Of a stretch of DNA of 44,592 nt, positions 9,844 to 19,504 are shown piece after piece. Position numbers and translations under genes: made by a program. The notes under the pieces are model-generated. The model did not search any database. It saw only the letters and a program-made list of their open reading frames with translations, and had not been told where the DNA came from. Source of the stretch: a virus. Lineage: Duplodnaviria > Caudoviricetes. The DNA is taken from the IMG/VR virus record IMGVR_UViG_3300043451_000190, positions 1 through 44,592 of that record; one strand, given 5' to 3'. The stretch's first letter is position 1; each line of letters starts with the position of its first letter.

Positions 9844-12363
9844 TTATCGTTTCGTTGTTGTTGGATCCTCATTTACCTTAGTTGCAACTGCTGCGGTAAC
9901 CTTTCTTCCATCCATATAAACCGCAACCTTTCCACTTGCCAAATCACTTCTTAAACCTCTAATTTCAGCAATCATAGAATTAACCATACCAGCAACTGCT
10001 CCTCCCGCTTCTCCACCGGCTGTTGCAATTATACCACTAACTCCTTCTTTATTTTTCATAGCTTCTCCTAAACCAGGACCAGCTAATACATCATCGTTTG
10101 GAGATAATTCAAATAATCCGCCTTCTTTTGTTGATATTTGCGTTTTACCATCAGCAGGTGAATAAACGTCTCCGGCTTTTGAAAAGTATGATTTACCTAA
10201 TGCATACGCACCTGCTGCAGCGGCTGCACCTAAAATAGGTCCAATGTATGGAATTTTTGCAACTGAAGCGTACGCACTTGCTGCCATATCCGCTATTGTA
10301 GCAAGCAATCCTTGTTGTTTTATTCCTTTTGCAAACAATAAAACCGCATTTAAAGCAGTTTGAGCAGTTGTAGTAGCCCAAGTAGCAACAGTCTCATATG
10401 TTCTATACAACCAACCTTCTTTTGATAATTGCGTTCCTAAAAATTTAGCGGTATTTACAGCTCCTTCTGCAATAGCTTGTCTATTTGTAATAGCTAATAC
10501 TATACCTGCACCAACACCGGCTGCAACAATATAATCATAATATTCTTTTACATATCCTATTAATTCTTTGAATAAATGCGCTGCATTATTCAATGGCCAA
10601 AATGCAATTGCAACTGCTTTTCCTAACATTTGAAAAGTAGGAATTAACACCGCACTAAGCACTTTCACTGCCGCAGTTAAACCTGTTACAAAAAGTTGAG
10701 CAACAGGTGTAAATACATCTGTTAATGCTCCTCCAATCGCAGATAATCTATTTCCCATTTGGGTCATCATATCTTGCATAGCTTCTTGCTTTGCCAATCT
10801 TTCGGTTTGTTTTTCTAATTCTTCTTCACTTATATCATTTATATCTACACCTGCTCCTAATAATTCATTTGCAGCTTGCATTCTTTTTTCATCCATCTCA
10901 CCAAATCTATTATATAATCTTTGTTGAGTGACTAATGAATCTAATTCTTGACCGGTTAAATTTACTAATGCTTCTTTTTCATATGCAGATAATTTATTTA
11001 TATCTCCTATGTTAGCTAATTGTTTCGTAATTTCTTTTTGCATTCCTAATTGGTCTCCTGCATATCCCAACTCTCTTGCTCTTGACATATCTATATTCGT
11101 ACCCAATAATGCAGATGCTTCTAATTCATCTGTCATACTTTGTTCGAAATCTAAAAGTTTTTCAGTTGATTTATTCATATCCTCCAAAGAAGCTCCCATT
11201 TTAGCCGCATATACAGCCGCTTTTGCTAATTCCTTTGGATTACCTTTAAAATATTTATAGGATGTTGCCGCATTTTCTGCAATATCTTTAATAACTTTAT
11301 TAGGAGCTACTCCTGCTAAGTTAGACATTTCAGTAACGGAGTTTACTAAAAATTGAGCCTGTGTTTCATTTAGCTGAGCCATATTCTGAAACACCTTATT
11401 AACTTTAGCACCTTCATCAGAAAGTACACCAAAGTTCTTATTTAATACGGCCATTGATGCAACAGTACTCTCTAATGGAATAACTAAATCATCGGTATTG
11501 TCGGTAAAGTCTTGCATATACTGACTTGCATCTGCTACACTTACACCTATCTTTCCATAATGATTAGCAATACCTTGAACTGTATGTTCCAATTCATGCA
11601 TATCAGCAGTTGCCAAACCAGTTGTTTGTTTGAATTGATTTGCAGCCTCTTCTATTTCATGAAATCTATGATACGATAATGCTAATGCACCTGCAATAGC
11701 TACTATACCAATTCCAATTGGCCCTAATAGCCCCGCAAATCTACTAGCCGCTCCATATGCTTGTTTAAATCCTCCTCCTATACCACTAACAATTGATGTT
11801 GCAAAACTTTTACCACCTGCTATTGAATCAGTAAATGCTTTACCGAATCCCATCTTAAACTTCTCTGCAACAACACTAAACATTCTATTCATCTTTTCTT
11901 GAAGAGGATGAAATGCTTCTGCCAAATATTCTCCTATTAGTGGTAAATGATGTAACCCATCATGAATACCCTGGAACATATCTTCAAACTTATCTTTAAC
12001 CCCATCGGTTATACTATAAACCTTATCTAATATTTTATGTGCCTGTTCATGTTTGTGCAATACTCCTTGTAAAGCAGCAGTTTGAGCCATAAATACCTTT
12101 AATAATTTTTGATTTACTCCAAAGTTTTTGGTGTTTAAATTATTATTATTTTGTAATATTAGATTTATAGCAGCCTGCAAATCTTTTTCACTATGAATAC
12201 CTTTGATTACATCTTTTGTTAAATCAATTTGTGCTGAAAGTTTTTTGTTTCTTCCATCAGTTGCTTCATTCAACGAATCTAGATCGTTTTGTATCTTACC
12301 TAACAATGATTGAGTCATCGTAAGCAATTCATTATATTCTTGTTGTGATTCTGAATGCGACAT
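9844..12363 (-). CDS. Tail tape measure protein (839 aa)
   Basis: Long helical Ala/Gly-rich protein with hydrophobic segments and C-terminal VYMDGRKV, downstream of the tail chaperone. Confidence 0.8.
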   Translation of the reverse strand: MSHSESQQEYNELLTMTQSLLGKIQNDLDSLNEATDGRNKKLSAQIDLTKDVIKGIHSEKDLQAAINLILQNNNNLNTKNFGVNQKLLKVFMAQTAALQGVLHKHEQAHKILDKVYSITDGVKDKFEDMFQGIHDGLHHLPLIGEYLAEAFHPLQEKMNRMFSVVAEKFKMGFGKAFTDSIAGGKSFATSIVSGIGGGFKQAYGAASRFAGLLGPIGIGIVAIAGALALSYHRFHEIEEAANQFKQTTGLATADMHELEHTVQGIANHYGKIGVSVADASQYMQDFTDNTDDLVIPLESTVASMAVLNKNFGVLSDEGAKVNKVFQNMAQLNETQAQFLVNSVTEMSNLAGVAPNKVIKDIAENAATSYKYFKGNPKELAKAAVYAAKMGASLEDMNKSTEKLLDFEQSMTDELEASALLGTNIDMSRARELGYAGDQLGMQKEITKQLANIGDINKLSAYEKEALVNLTGQELDSLVTQQRLYNRFGEMDEKRMQAANELLGAGVDINDISEEELEKQTERLAKQEAMQDMMTQMGNRLSAIGGALTDVFTPVAQLFVTGLTAAVKVLSAVLIPTFQMLGKAVAIAFWPLNNAAHLFKELIGYVKEYYDYIVAAGVGAGIVLAITNRQAIAEGAVNTAKFLGTQLSKEGWLYRTYETVATWATTTAQTALNAVLLFAKGIKQQGLLATIADMAASAYASVAKIPYIGPILGAAAAAGAYALGKSYFSKAGDVYSPADGKTQISTKEGGLFELSPNDDVLAGPGLGEAMKNKEGVSGIIATAGGEAGGAVAGMVNSMIAEIRGLRSDLASGKVAVYMDGRKVTAAVATKVNEDPTTTKR

Positions 12364-12385
12364 TGTTTATTATAAAAGATTGGTA

Positions 12386-12652
12386 TTAATAATCAAATCC
12401 TAAATATTTTCTCACTTCTGGAGAAATCCATTTTTTAACTTGATCTCTATCGTTATCTAAATTTGATTCTATTGTTTTTCTTACATTTTCAACAGATTTA
12501 TCAGCATCTTCGACAGCTTTTTTAAGATCTTTATCGTTTTGAATAGCACTTTTTACTTTGGTTGCAAATAATCTCGCTAAAAAATTACTCTCATTCAACC
12601 ATTTATTATGAGTTTCTTTAAACAATATAGATTCGTTTTTTGTAAGTTTCAT
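12386..12652 (-). CDS. Hypothetical protein (88 aa)
   Basis: Clean ORF with its own ATATTTATA motif (12674-12682). Confidence 0.7.
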   Translation of the reverse strand: MKLTKNESILFKETHNKWLNESNFLARLFATKVKSAIQNDKDLKKAVEDADKSVENVRKTIESNLDNDRDQVKKWISPEVRKYLGFDY

Positions 12653-12687
12653 GTATGAATATGTTTTATCAATTATAAATATTATAT

Positions 12688-12719
12688 AAACTAAAATGAG
12701 AGTTATTTATTAACTCTCA
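12688..12719 (-). terminator. Rho-independent terminator
   Basis: TGAGAGTTA/TAACTCTCA 9-bp stem followed by TTTTAGTTT on the minus strand. Confidence 0.6.
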
Positions 12720-12934
12720 CTTTAGATGGTGGCTTTGCCATGTTTGGAGCGGTTGAATTAGAAACCTTTTCATTTTCTTTTTTCTTAGCATCCAATAATT
12801 TGTTATAATAAAAGTTTCTAAGATGTACAGGCATTCTATATACATCTGCCTGTGTGAACCCATTACCATAATAACATAATTCAAATATTTGACTATGAAT
12901 TATGATAGAATGGTTAGATGGAAGGGTAAAAAAA
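12703..12934 (-). CDS. gp51-like tail/baseplate assembly chaperone extension, probably reached by frameshift from the gp26-like gene
   Basis: Unlisted open frame ...FTLPSNHSIIIHSQIFELCYYGNGFTQADVYRMPVHLRNFYYNKLLDAKKKENE...KVRVNK* overlapping the upstream gene's end. The first ATG is internal to the gp51-like segment. Confidence 0.65.
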
Positions 12935-13675
12935 CCCTACGCCCATTGGAATCGGGCGTACCTCCTTTTCTCCACTTTCTGGATCTTCGTATTCATACTC
13001 CATAGCCACATCAGGGCTTATATTTTTAAGATATTCTCTGAAAGCTCTTGTATCTCTTGTTATAAATTTATTATTGATAAAATCTACAATACTTTTTGTA
13101 TCAGATTTCCCATCGACTTCTACGATAATATATCTATATCTAGTTGTTAATTCTGCACTTACTCCTGATTTATTGAACTTAGATAAAGCCTTAATTTCCT
13201 CATCTATTTTTTGTTCATCCCCATGTGTAAGAAGTTTTACAACCAATTTATGACCAGATGGAGTTGTAAATTGATAACGATTATCAGCTCTTAAAAGAGA
13301 TGTATCAATATCTTTTGTTCTTACCTTTGATAGGTCGATTTCAATAGTTCTTTTTTCATCCGCTGAATCATACACTTCAATCTCATATTGAGGGCCGTAT
13401 GCTAAAATTCTAGTTGCTAACATAATAGCATTTTTATCACCAACTAAAATATCGTTTGGGTTTATGTTTCTATCTACGATGATAGATTCGAATAATTTAT
13501 CTAATACTACCCCTTTTTTAATAAGATTTTGAGATGCTAAAATTTCCTCTTCTTTTGCAGTCATGTACTTAATTTCAATAGTACCTTTTGATAGAGGATT
13601 GTTTTCTGGGTATCCTTTTCCTTCCGATGGTAAACTAATAACCTCCGTTGGGAAATCGTAATGTTGTTCTGACAT
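12914..13675 (-). CDS. T4 gp26-like baseplate hub assembly chaperone
   Basis: ISLPSEG..Y, IKYMTAKEEEIL, DKNAIMLATRILAYG and terminal FFYP motifs; located between tube and tape measure. Confidence 0.75.
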   Translation of the reverse strand: MSEQHYDFPTEVISLPSEGKGYPENNPLSKGTIEIKYMTAKEEEILASQNLIKKGVVLDKLFESIIVDRNINPNDILVGDKNAIMLATRILAYGPQYEIEVYDSADEKRTIEIDLSKVRTKDIDTSLLRADNRYQFTTPSGHKLVVKLLTHGDEQKIDEEIKALSKFNKSGVSAELTTRYRYIIVEVDGKSDTKSIVDFINNKFITRDTRAFREYLKNISPDVAMEYEYEDPESGEKEVRPIPMGVGFFYPSI

Positions 13676-13735
13676 AATAACTTATTGTTTGTTTGTATAT
13701 AAGTATATATATTTCAGATTTTTATAAAACTATGG

Positions 13736-14002
13736 TTAAAGCATTTCAATCATTGAAATCGGAACATTGTAACAAGCTCCACTCTTTACACTTAGGGTAG
13801 CTTTGGTACGGCTAATCTTATTAACGAATAACTCTTTACCAACCAATTTAGGATGATTCACTTTAACACTCATACCGACTTGTAAACCCACTTTCTTTTG
13901 AAGTGCTTCGATGGTACGCTTTTGCTTAATTAAATCAACAACAATCTGATTGATGTTTCGTAATTCTACTACTGATAAGTTTGATAATTCTGAATAAGTC
14001 AT
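13736..14002 (-). CDS. Small hypothetical protein (helix plus SH3/KOW-like barrel)
   Basis: LQVGMSVKV..VNKISRTKATL..YNVPISMI beta-barrel-like pattern. Confidence 0.65.
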   Translation of the reverse strand: MTYSELSNLSVVELRNINQIVVDLIKQKRTIEALQKKVGLQVGMSVKVNHPKLVGKELFVNKISRTKATLSVKSGACYNVPISMIEML

Positions 14003-14038
14003 AATATTTTATATTTTAAAGTTTAAAAAATTTTACAA

Positions 14039-14326
14039 TTAAAGATACATTTTAGCCTCTTCGGCCCAACTTTCATTCACTAAATACCAATACTTAGTAT
14101 TCAAATCGATGATATCATAACCACTATCATTTGTGTTAATGGTAACAAAACCTTTCTTAACCAAAGAACCTAAAGCTCCTCTAATTGTTTTAGTAGAAAT
14201 ACCAGTACATTCACTAATATCGTTTACATCCACATCGGAGAAACCCGGTTCAGCATATAAACAATCAATAAAGGTTGAAAGGGTTTTTGATTCTAATTCC
14301 GTTAAGTTTAATTCATTAATATTCAT
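14039..14326 (-). CDS. Winged helix-turn-helix protein
   Basis: VNDISECTGISTKTIRGALGSLVKKGFV. Confidence 0.7.
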   Translation of the reverse strand: MNINELNLTELESKTLSTFIDCLYAEPGFSDVDVNDISECTGISTKTIRGALGSLVKKGFVTINTNDSGYDIIDLNTKYWYLVNESWAEEAKMYL

Positions 14327-14329
14327 ATC

Positions 14330-14388
14330 TTATCTCTTTTGATTACATAATAAAGGTACTAAATAAGTTTGGATTTTCCAAGACTTTT
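14330..14388 (-). promoter_or_regulatory. Duplicated promoter/leader, copy 1 (Bacteroidota-like, probably early)
   Basis: CTTG-N20-TACCTTTA then TTATGTAATCAAAAGAGATAA; 29 nt (14330-14358) identical to 14818-14846. Confidence 0.7.
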
Positions 14389-14393
14389 CGTAA

Positions 14394-14798
14394 TTATTTT
14401 AGAGCTTTTCTCCAAAATGGTAATAATTTATTGTGAATTACCAAACCTTCTGAGGTATATTTGGAAATACCCATCTTCCATAGAAAATAATCCATATCCC
14501 AACCATCTTCCTCAACTCCAGCCTCACAAATCCAACGAAGGGCGGTTTTGGTGTTTTTAGCACCCATCTTAACCATCTTCTTAACGGTCTCATTAAATTT
14601 CACAATCGCCAATTTCTCAGCCTTAGCCTCTTCTTCGGCATTCTCCTTACAAATACGACCGAATGTCTCATAATCAGCCTCCAACTCCTCCGTTGTTAAG
14701 AGAGAATAGTTGTAAGTGGGGCGATATCCATAAGCATCCTTATGGTAATCAGAATAAAGTTGAATTAAAGAATCGCGGTGGGAAATTTCAGTTGACAT
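14394..14798 (-). CDS. Hypothetical protein (134 aa)
   Basis: LYSDYHKDAYGYRP N-terminal motif of a small phage protein type; has its own promoter. Confidence 0.75.
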   Translation of the reverse strand: MSTEISHRDSLIQLYSDYHKDAYGYRPTYNYSLLTTEELEADYETFGRICKENAEEEAKAEKLAIVKFNETVKKMVKMGAKNTKTALRWICEAGVEEDGWDMDYFLWKMGISKYTSEGLVIHNKLLPFWRKALK

Positions 14799-14817
14799 AT
14801 CTTTTATCTTTTAATGT

Positions 14818-14876
14818 TTATCTCTTTTGATTACATAATAAAGGTAGTAAAAAGATTTGAGATTTCCAAGTCTTTT
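14818..14876 (-). promoter_or_regulatory. Duplicated promoter/leader, copy 2
   Basis: Direct repeat of 14330-14388. Confidence 0.7.
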
Positions 14877-14922
14877 ATCAAATATTTTTAAAATTTTTTA
14901 TTGAAAATCAATGATTTATGAC

Positions 14923-14956
14923 AAAAAAAGGGAATACCATTTCTGATATTCCCCTT
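14923..14956 (-). terminator. Rho-independent terminator after the tail tube gene
   Basis: GGGAATATCA-GAAA-TGGTATTCCC followed by T7 on the minus strand. Confidence 0.85.
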
Positions 14957-14976
14957 TGAATTTATATTGAGAGTTA

Positions 14977-15468
14977 TTAGAATTCTAAGATTGCGTAATC
15001 ATAAGTTAAAGTGATTGCAATTGATGCAGGATCCGTAGCATTTGACCAATCCAAGTCACCGAAGTTAGCTTGAGAGATAAATGCTCCTTTTAATTTCCAT
15101 TGTTCAATTTTATCACCAACTGGACCCAACATATAGAAATCCACATCTTTCTTATAGAATTCTGCGTATCCATCTCTACCTGTTAAAGATTCGTGAGATG
15201 CTCTTACCCACTCCATTACCGCCTGTGCTCCAGATGGAACGATTGGGTCGTACAAAGTGATTTCTAAATCTTGCCAATCACCTTTACCTTTTAACTTTCT
15301 TTTTATATTGATATGGTCTAATACTACTGTTTCAAATTGTAAAGTTGGTCTATTACCAGCTTTTACTAAATATGAAGGAATTCCGTCTACTTCAAAAACG
15401 AATCTATGTTTCATTTTTGGTTCGAAATTCGTATAGAACATCTCGTTAAATTCTAATACTTCTGCCAT
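14977..15468 (-). CDS. Tail tube protein (T4 gp19-like)
   Basis: WQDLEITLYD, VMEW, WKLKGAF...GDLDW, ITLTYDY; directly after the sheath gene. Confidence 0.9.
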   Translation of the reverse strand: MAEVLEFNEMFYTNFEPKMKHRFVFEVDGIPSYLVKAGNRPTLQFETVVLDHINIKRKLKGKGDWQDLEITLYDPIVPSGAQAVMEWVRASHESLTGRDGYAEFYKKDVDFYMLGPVGDKIEQWKLKGAFISQANFGDLDWSNATDPASIAITLTYDYAILEF

Positions 15469-15486
15469 GTTATGTTATTCTTTTTA

Positions 15487-15495
15487 TATAAATAT
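15487..15495 (-). promoter_or_regulatory. Putative late promoter motif ATAYTTATW (representative copy; about 15 intergenic copies)
   Basis: Plus-strand TATAA[A/G]TAT or AATAAATAT at 2122, 5002, 12674, 13698, 15487, 17831, 18148, 24538, 27085, 28489, 29646, 33555, 39684, 40083 and 43733, each upstream of a minus-strand gene. Confidence 0.7.
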
Positions 15496-15508
15496 TACTT
15501 TATTCAAA

Positions 15509-17794
15509 TTATACATTAAATGTTGCCCCTGTTGGTAAAATGTTGAAATCAATTGTAATGAATTCAGCAGTTTTAGCAGGTTGTAAGAAGATAGAACCAG
15601 CTAAAATGTTTCTATCGATTACATCCGGTGTATTATTTGATTCATCCATAACCACTCTAAATGCATATAAACCTTGTCTTTGTTGAACACTCTCTAAATA
15701 AGGGTTTACTGTATTTAAGAACTTAGCTCTAGTTTGTGCAGTATTTTGTTCGAATACTAAGAATCTTGAAGTAGATGCTACATACTTTTTCAAGTTAATT
15801 AACAATCTTCTTACATTGATTCTATCTAAAGCAGATGCAGTATCTTGTAAAGTTTTCTGTCCAAATGCACTAATACCTTGTCCAGGGAATGCCGCAATTG
15901 GGTTTACTTTTCCTTCGTATAATGTATCTCTTTCTGATTGAGTTAATCTATTAACTACTTGAACAGCTCCAGCAATACCACCTCTATTCAAACCTGCTGG
16001 TGCAAACCATTCAGCACCTAATCTATCGTTTTGTGCGAAAGTTCCCGCCATTAATACTGAAGGTGGAACTGTCACTAATTTATTTGTGTTTACATCCACA
16101 GTCTTAATCCATGGATAGTAAGTACCTGCATAGTTTGTATCTTCTCCTAATGCTTGCTCTACTACTTCTGCAATTGTTGCATCAGCACCAGCAAAATCAG
16201 CAATATAGAATACATCTTCTCTAGCCTCACAAACATCAATTGCTTTAGTTACTACATAAGGATGGAATTGTCTTACAATACCAGGAGTTACTAATAAGTT
16301 AATATCAAACTCATCTGGATTAGAAATAGCGTTTAATGCTTTTGCATATGCTACTGAACCACTTGCAGTTGAAGCAGAACAATCAAATCCTTGAGTGTTT
16401 GAACCAGCGATATCAGAACCCTTCTTAATTGAAATAGTTGGGTCTTGTCCGTTAAATCCACCTTGTAAACCAATTACAAAGTTTCTCATTGCCAATTGAT
16501 TTGAATCAGATGTTTCAGCAGAACTTAAACCGATGTTATATTCGTTTGTAGTTCCTACTGCGTTATCTAATGCAAATACTTTATTTGAACCAGTTGTTGC
16601 GTTAGCAGGTAATGCTTTCAAATAGTTTAAGTTATTTGTAATATCAAAATTGATACCACTTGAGTAAACTGAAGAACTAAATGATGCAGATGTGTAAGTA
16701 ATTACAGGGAATGTTGAAGGAGTAGTTACATTTAATGGAACTGAATAACCTTGATGTCCAAATGGAATCGCAGTTAATGGATAAGTTCCTTCACCACTTA
16801 CTTCTATTCTAATATATTTACTTCTATTTGTGTAATCTCCAGTTTCAGTGATTTTACCATTAGCATCGATTGATGTAATTCTATCACCAATTCTTCTAGC
16901 AACGAAGTTAGGAGAGTTAGGGTCTAAATCTAAATTGTTGTATTGCTCATATACAGTCTTTCTCTTATCAGTATCATTGTAATCTCTAACTAATAAAGAG
17001 AATGTTCCGTATTTAGTTCCATCAGATGATTTAACATTTGAGATTTGAATTTTAAATCTCTTATTCTCATTATCACCGTCTGCTAAAGTATGAACTTTAA
17101 ATAAGTTATATCTTGTACCACTATAAGTTTGAGATATTACCCATGGAGTAGATGCATTATCATAATCAGATGTAAAATCTTGAGTAGATGCTGATGCAAA
17201 ACTCAATGATATAGAAGAATTCGCAATACCTGCAAAACTTGCACTTAAAGCCGAACCAGCTTCTCTGATATCGAAGAATGAATAAGCATACATTTTCTTA
17301 CCGAAGAATGGGTTTTCTCCAAAAATATCATCAATAGTATTTGAATCTGCAGTAAGAATACTCGCACTTACAGGAGTTATTGATGAACCACTTACTCTAA
17401 ATGTTCCGTTTGTTCCAGCTGTAAATAGAGGAGCAGGGTCATTAGAACTTGTAGAAGGTGCTAATACACCAACAGTCGTATATCCATTACTAGATGAAGC
17501 GATGATTTCATATGAATCAGTTAATTCATATCCACCTAAACCAGCAACTCTTACGATTGTTACTGAACCGGCATCTCTCAAATAATTCTGAACTGCATAA
17601 CCCGTATAATAATCTTTAGGTGTTCCAAAAATTGATTCATATTCTGCTTGAGTTTGAATCAAAGTAGGAAGAAACGCAGGCCCCTTTTCTGTCGGACCAA
17701 CTACTGCTGCACCTATTTGTGATATACCTTGTGGTAAGAAAGAAAGGTCATTTTCTCTCGTAAATACACCAGGTGATACAATTTTTTCTGCCAT
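15509..17794 (-). CDS. Tail sheath protein (T4 gp18-like)
   Basis: SPGVFTRENDLS, GPTEKGPAF, WFAPAGLNRG, GQKTLQ..SALDRINVRRL, FEQN, AEFI motifs. Confidence 0.95.
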   Translation of the reverse strand: MAEKIVSPGVFTRENDLSFLPQGISQIGAAVVGPTEKGPAFLPTLIQTQAEYESIFGTPKDYYTGYAVQNYLRDAGSVTIVRVAGLGGYELTDSYEIIASSSNGYTTVGVLAPSTSSNDPAPLFTAGTNGTFRVSGSSITPVSASILTADSNTIDDIFGENPFFGKKMYAYSFFDIREAGSALSASFAGIANSSISLSFASASTQDFTSDYDNASTPWVISQTYSGTRYNLFKVHTLADGDNENKRFKIQISNVKSSDGTKYGTFSLLVRDYNDTDKRKTVYEQYNNLDLDPNSPNFVARRIGDRITSIDANGKITETGDYTNRSKYIRIEVSGEGTYPLTAIPFGHQGYSVPLNVTTPSTFPVITYTSASFSSSVYSSGINFDITNNLNYLKALPANATTGSNKVFALDNAVGTTNEYNIGLSSAETSDSNQLAMRNFVIGLQGGFNGQDPTISIKKGSDIAGSNTQGFDCSASTASGSVAYAKALNAISNPDEFDINLLVTPGIVRQFHPYVVTKAIDVCEAREDVFYIADFAGADATIAEVVEQALGEDTNYAGTYYPWIKTVDVNTNKLVTVPPSVLMAGTFAQNDRLGAEWFAPAGLNRGGIAGAVQVVNRLTQSERDTLYEGKVNPIAAFPGQGISAFGQKTLQDTASALDRINVRRLLINLKKYVASTSRFLVFEQNTAQTRAKFLNTVNPYLESVQQRQGLYAFRVVMDESNNTPDVIDRNILAGSIFLQPAKTAEFITIDFNILPTGATFNV

Positions 17795-17858
17795 ATTTTT
17801 TTTAATTTAATTTTCTTTGTTATTTCAATATATAAATATAAAAATCAGCTGCGAAAAG

Positions 17859-18113
17859 TTATTCTGCTGATGGTGTGAATTCTCCACTCTCTAAATTCAC
17901 TGTCCCTACACCATAAATTTCTTTTAATTTATCAAACAATTCAGTTTCTCTACTTTTAATCTCTTCTAAAATAGCAAAGTTTTTATTGTTTTCTATCTCT
18001 AATGATTTGATTTCGGCTTGAATTGAACCGATAGATTGATAAATTTGTGAATAATCCGCTCTTAACTGACCGATTTGTTGTAACTCGTCTTGCGACAACT
18101 TTTTAACTTCCAT
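17859..18113 (-). CDS. Small coiled-coil hypothetical protein
   Basis: Heptad helix followed by YGVGTVNLESGEF; own ATATTTATA motif. Confidence 0.7.
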   Translation of the reverse strand: MEVKKLSQDELQQIGQLRADYSQIYQSIGSIQAEIKSLEIENNKNFAILEEIKSRETELFDKLKEIYGVGTVNLESGEFTPSAE

Positions 18114-18217
18114 TGTAAATGTTATTTAATGTAATAAAATATATATCTATAAATATTAAGATTTTTTCCTAACCTCAATATTTAAGATACATATTAAAAA
18201 ATATTTCCAAAAAAAGA

Positions 18218-19504
18218 TTATCCTGTCGCACTTGATCCATAAGAAGTAACCAATCCTGCAAAATTCGTCTTAGCTCTTGCATAAATTGCAGCTCCTGTCT
18301 TATAATCATATGTAGTTCCACTGAACGATGTTGGTGCATCTAATATAGTTCCAAATCCACTATCGGATGCAATTTGAATATCGAATGAATAGTTAGCTGA
18401 TATAGCAGTTGATCCAGGTGATACTACCGCAGAATTTAATGATATTGTTACTCTTTTGTATGTTTCCCCTCCAATAGTTACTGTTGAAATTGAAACAGTC
18501 GGTGCCGCAGAAATAGAATATCCTGCAAATGAGTTAGAACCTTTGTTGTGAGTTACGAATCCGTTTACTATATATGTATCAACTTCTTCAACGTCAATTG
18601 ATACTACTTCTATTGTAGAATTTTGAACATTGTTTTCCAATACCACTACTTCTTCTACCTGATTATCACCTAATACTTTTATAAATTTATCTCCAGCTTG
18701 AATCAATCCTAATGGTTTAAATTTATACACTTCTTCATTTACATCCCATACAAACATTGGATGTTCACCATTACCTTTTACCGAACCACTATCAGTTGTT
18801 ACAATGTTCCATCTATCAACGAATGTATATGCTACACCAGTTACAACTGAATCAGTAAGAACACCACCAGGAGTTTTATATTGCCAATCATAAAAGTTAT
18901 AATCAGTTAATTGATCAGCATAAGGAGGATAATAAGATTTAAGAATATCACCTTCTATCAAATCACCAGCTTTTTTTGTAGTACCATCTGCTAATAAAAT
19001 ATCTTCATCTAAATGTAAACATAAACCACTCGCACCCGCATAATCATCTACATTATAAACGGTCTTTGTTTTGTTTACATTATATCCAGTTGCATGATCA
19101 TTAAAACCATCAGCAAATTTTACTCCAATTGTTCTAGCAGTTGGAGCCGCTAATGTTGCACCTCCACCGATTGCCGCAGCAGTTACCGATGGGTTATATG
19201 GAGGATTTGCCTGAAAAGAAAATTCAGAAGATGCATCTATTGACCAACTGAAATTGTTACTAACTGAACCTACTCTACTTAAAAAACGACTACCAGCATC
19301 GGTAAATCCTAATGTAAATGTTTCAGAAGTTGATTCCTTTACATATGTATATCCACTGATTGAATCTACTGAACCGATACTGAATTCAGACATTGCAATA
19401 GGCCCTGTTGTTGTACCAGCAGCAGATGATAATGATTTTGCTGCTGCTCCCGTTGCTCCTTGCAAATTAGATAACGATAAAGTATCTCCTGATGTTCTAG
19501 CCAT
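18218..19504 (-). CDS. Virion-associated protein with internal Hint (intein-like) domain
   Basis: CLHLDEDILLADG (Cys codon 19019-19021) ... NGEHPMFV ... VVSIDVEEVDTYIVNGFVTHN|K, flanked by Ser/Thr-rich beta-type regions. Confidence 0.85.
   Translation of the reverse strand: MARTSGDTLSLSNLQGATGAAAKSLSSAAGTTTGPIAMSEFSIGSVDSISGYTYVKESTSETFTLGFTDAGSRFLSRVGSVSNNFSWSIDASSEFSFQANPPYNPSVTAAAIGGGATLAAPTARTIGVKFADGFNDHATGYNVNKTKTVYNVDDYAGASGLCLHLDEDILLADGTTKKAGDLIEGDILKSYYPPYADQLTDYNFYDWQYKTPGGVLTDSVVTGVAYTFVDRWNIVTTDSGSVKGNGEHPMFVWDVNEEVYKFKPLGLIQAGDKFIKVLGDNQVEEVVVLENNVQNSTIEVVSIDVEEVDTYIVNGFVTHNKGSNSFAGYSISAAPTVSISTVTIGGETYKRVTISLNSAVVSPGSTAISANYSFDIQIASDSGFGTILDAPTSFSGTTYDYKTGAAIYARAKTNFAGLVTSYGSSATG

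Noticed and set aside
10193-10381. Cys-rich 62-aa minus-strand ORF resembling a zinc finger (also 29857-30057)
   Set aside because: Out-of-frame inside the tape measure (or fibre) gene; Cys arises from Ala codons read in another frame.
12900-12934. Canonical -1 frameshift at the T-run
   Set aside because: The -1 frame terminates after about 10 codons; the gp51-like sequence is in the +1/-2 frame.
14330-14876. Direct repeats as CRISPR array or att sites
   Set aside because: Only two copies 488 nt apart, each a promoter-leader; no cas or integrase gene.
15509-17794. Extracellular contractile injection system or tailocin
   Set aside because: Capsid, scaffold, protease and neck genes are present, so this is a phage virion module.
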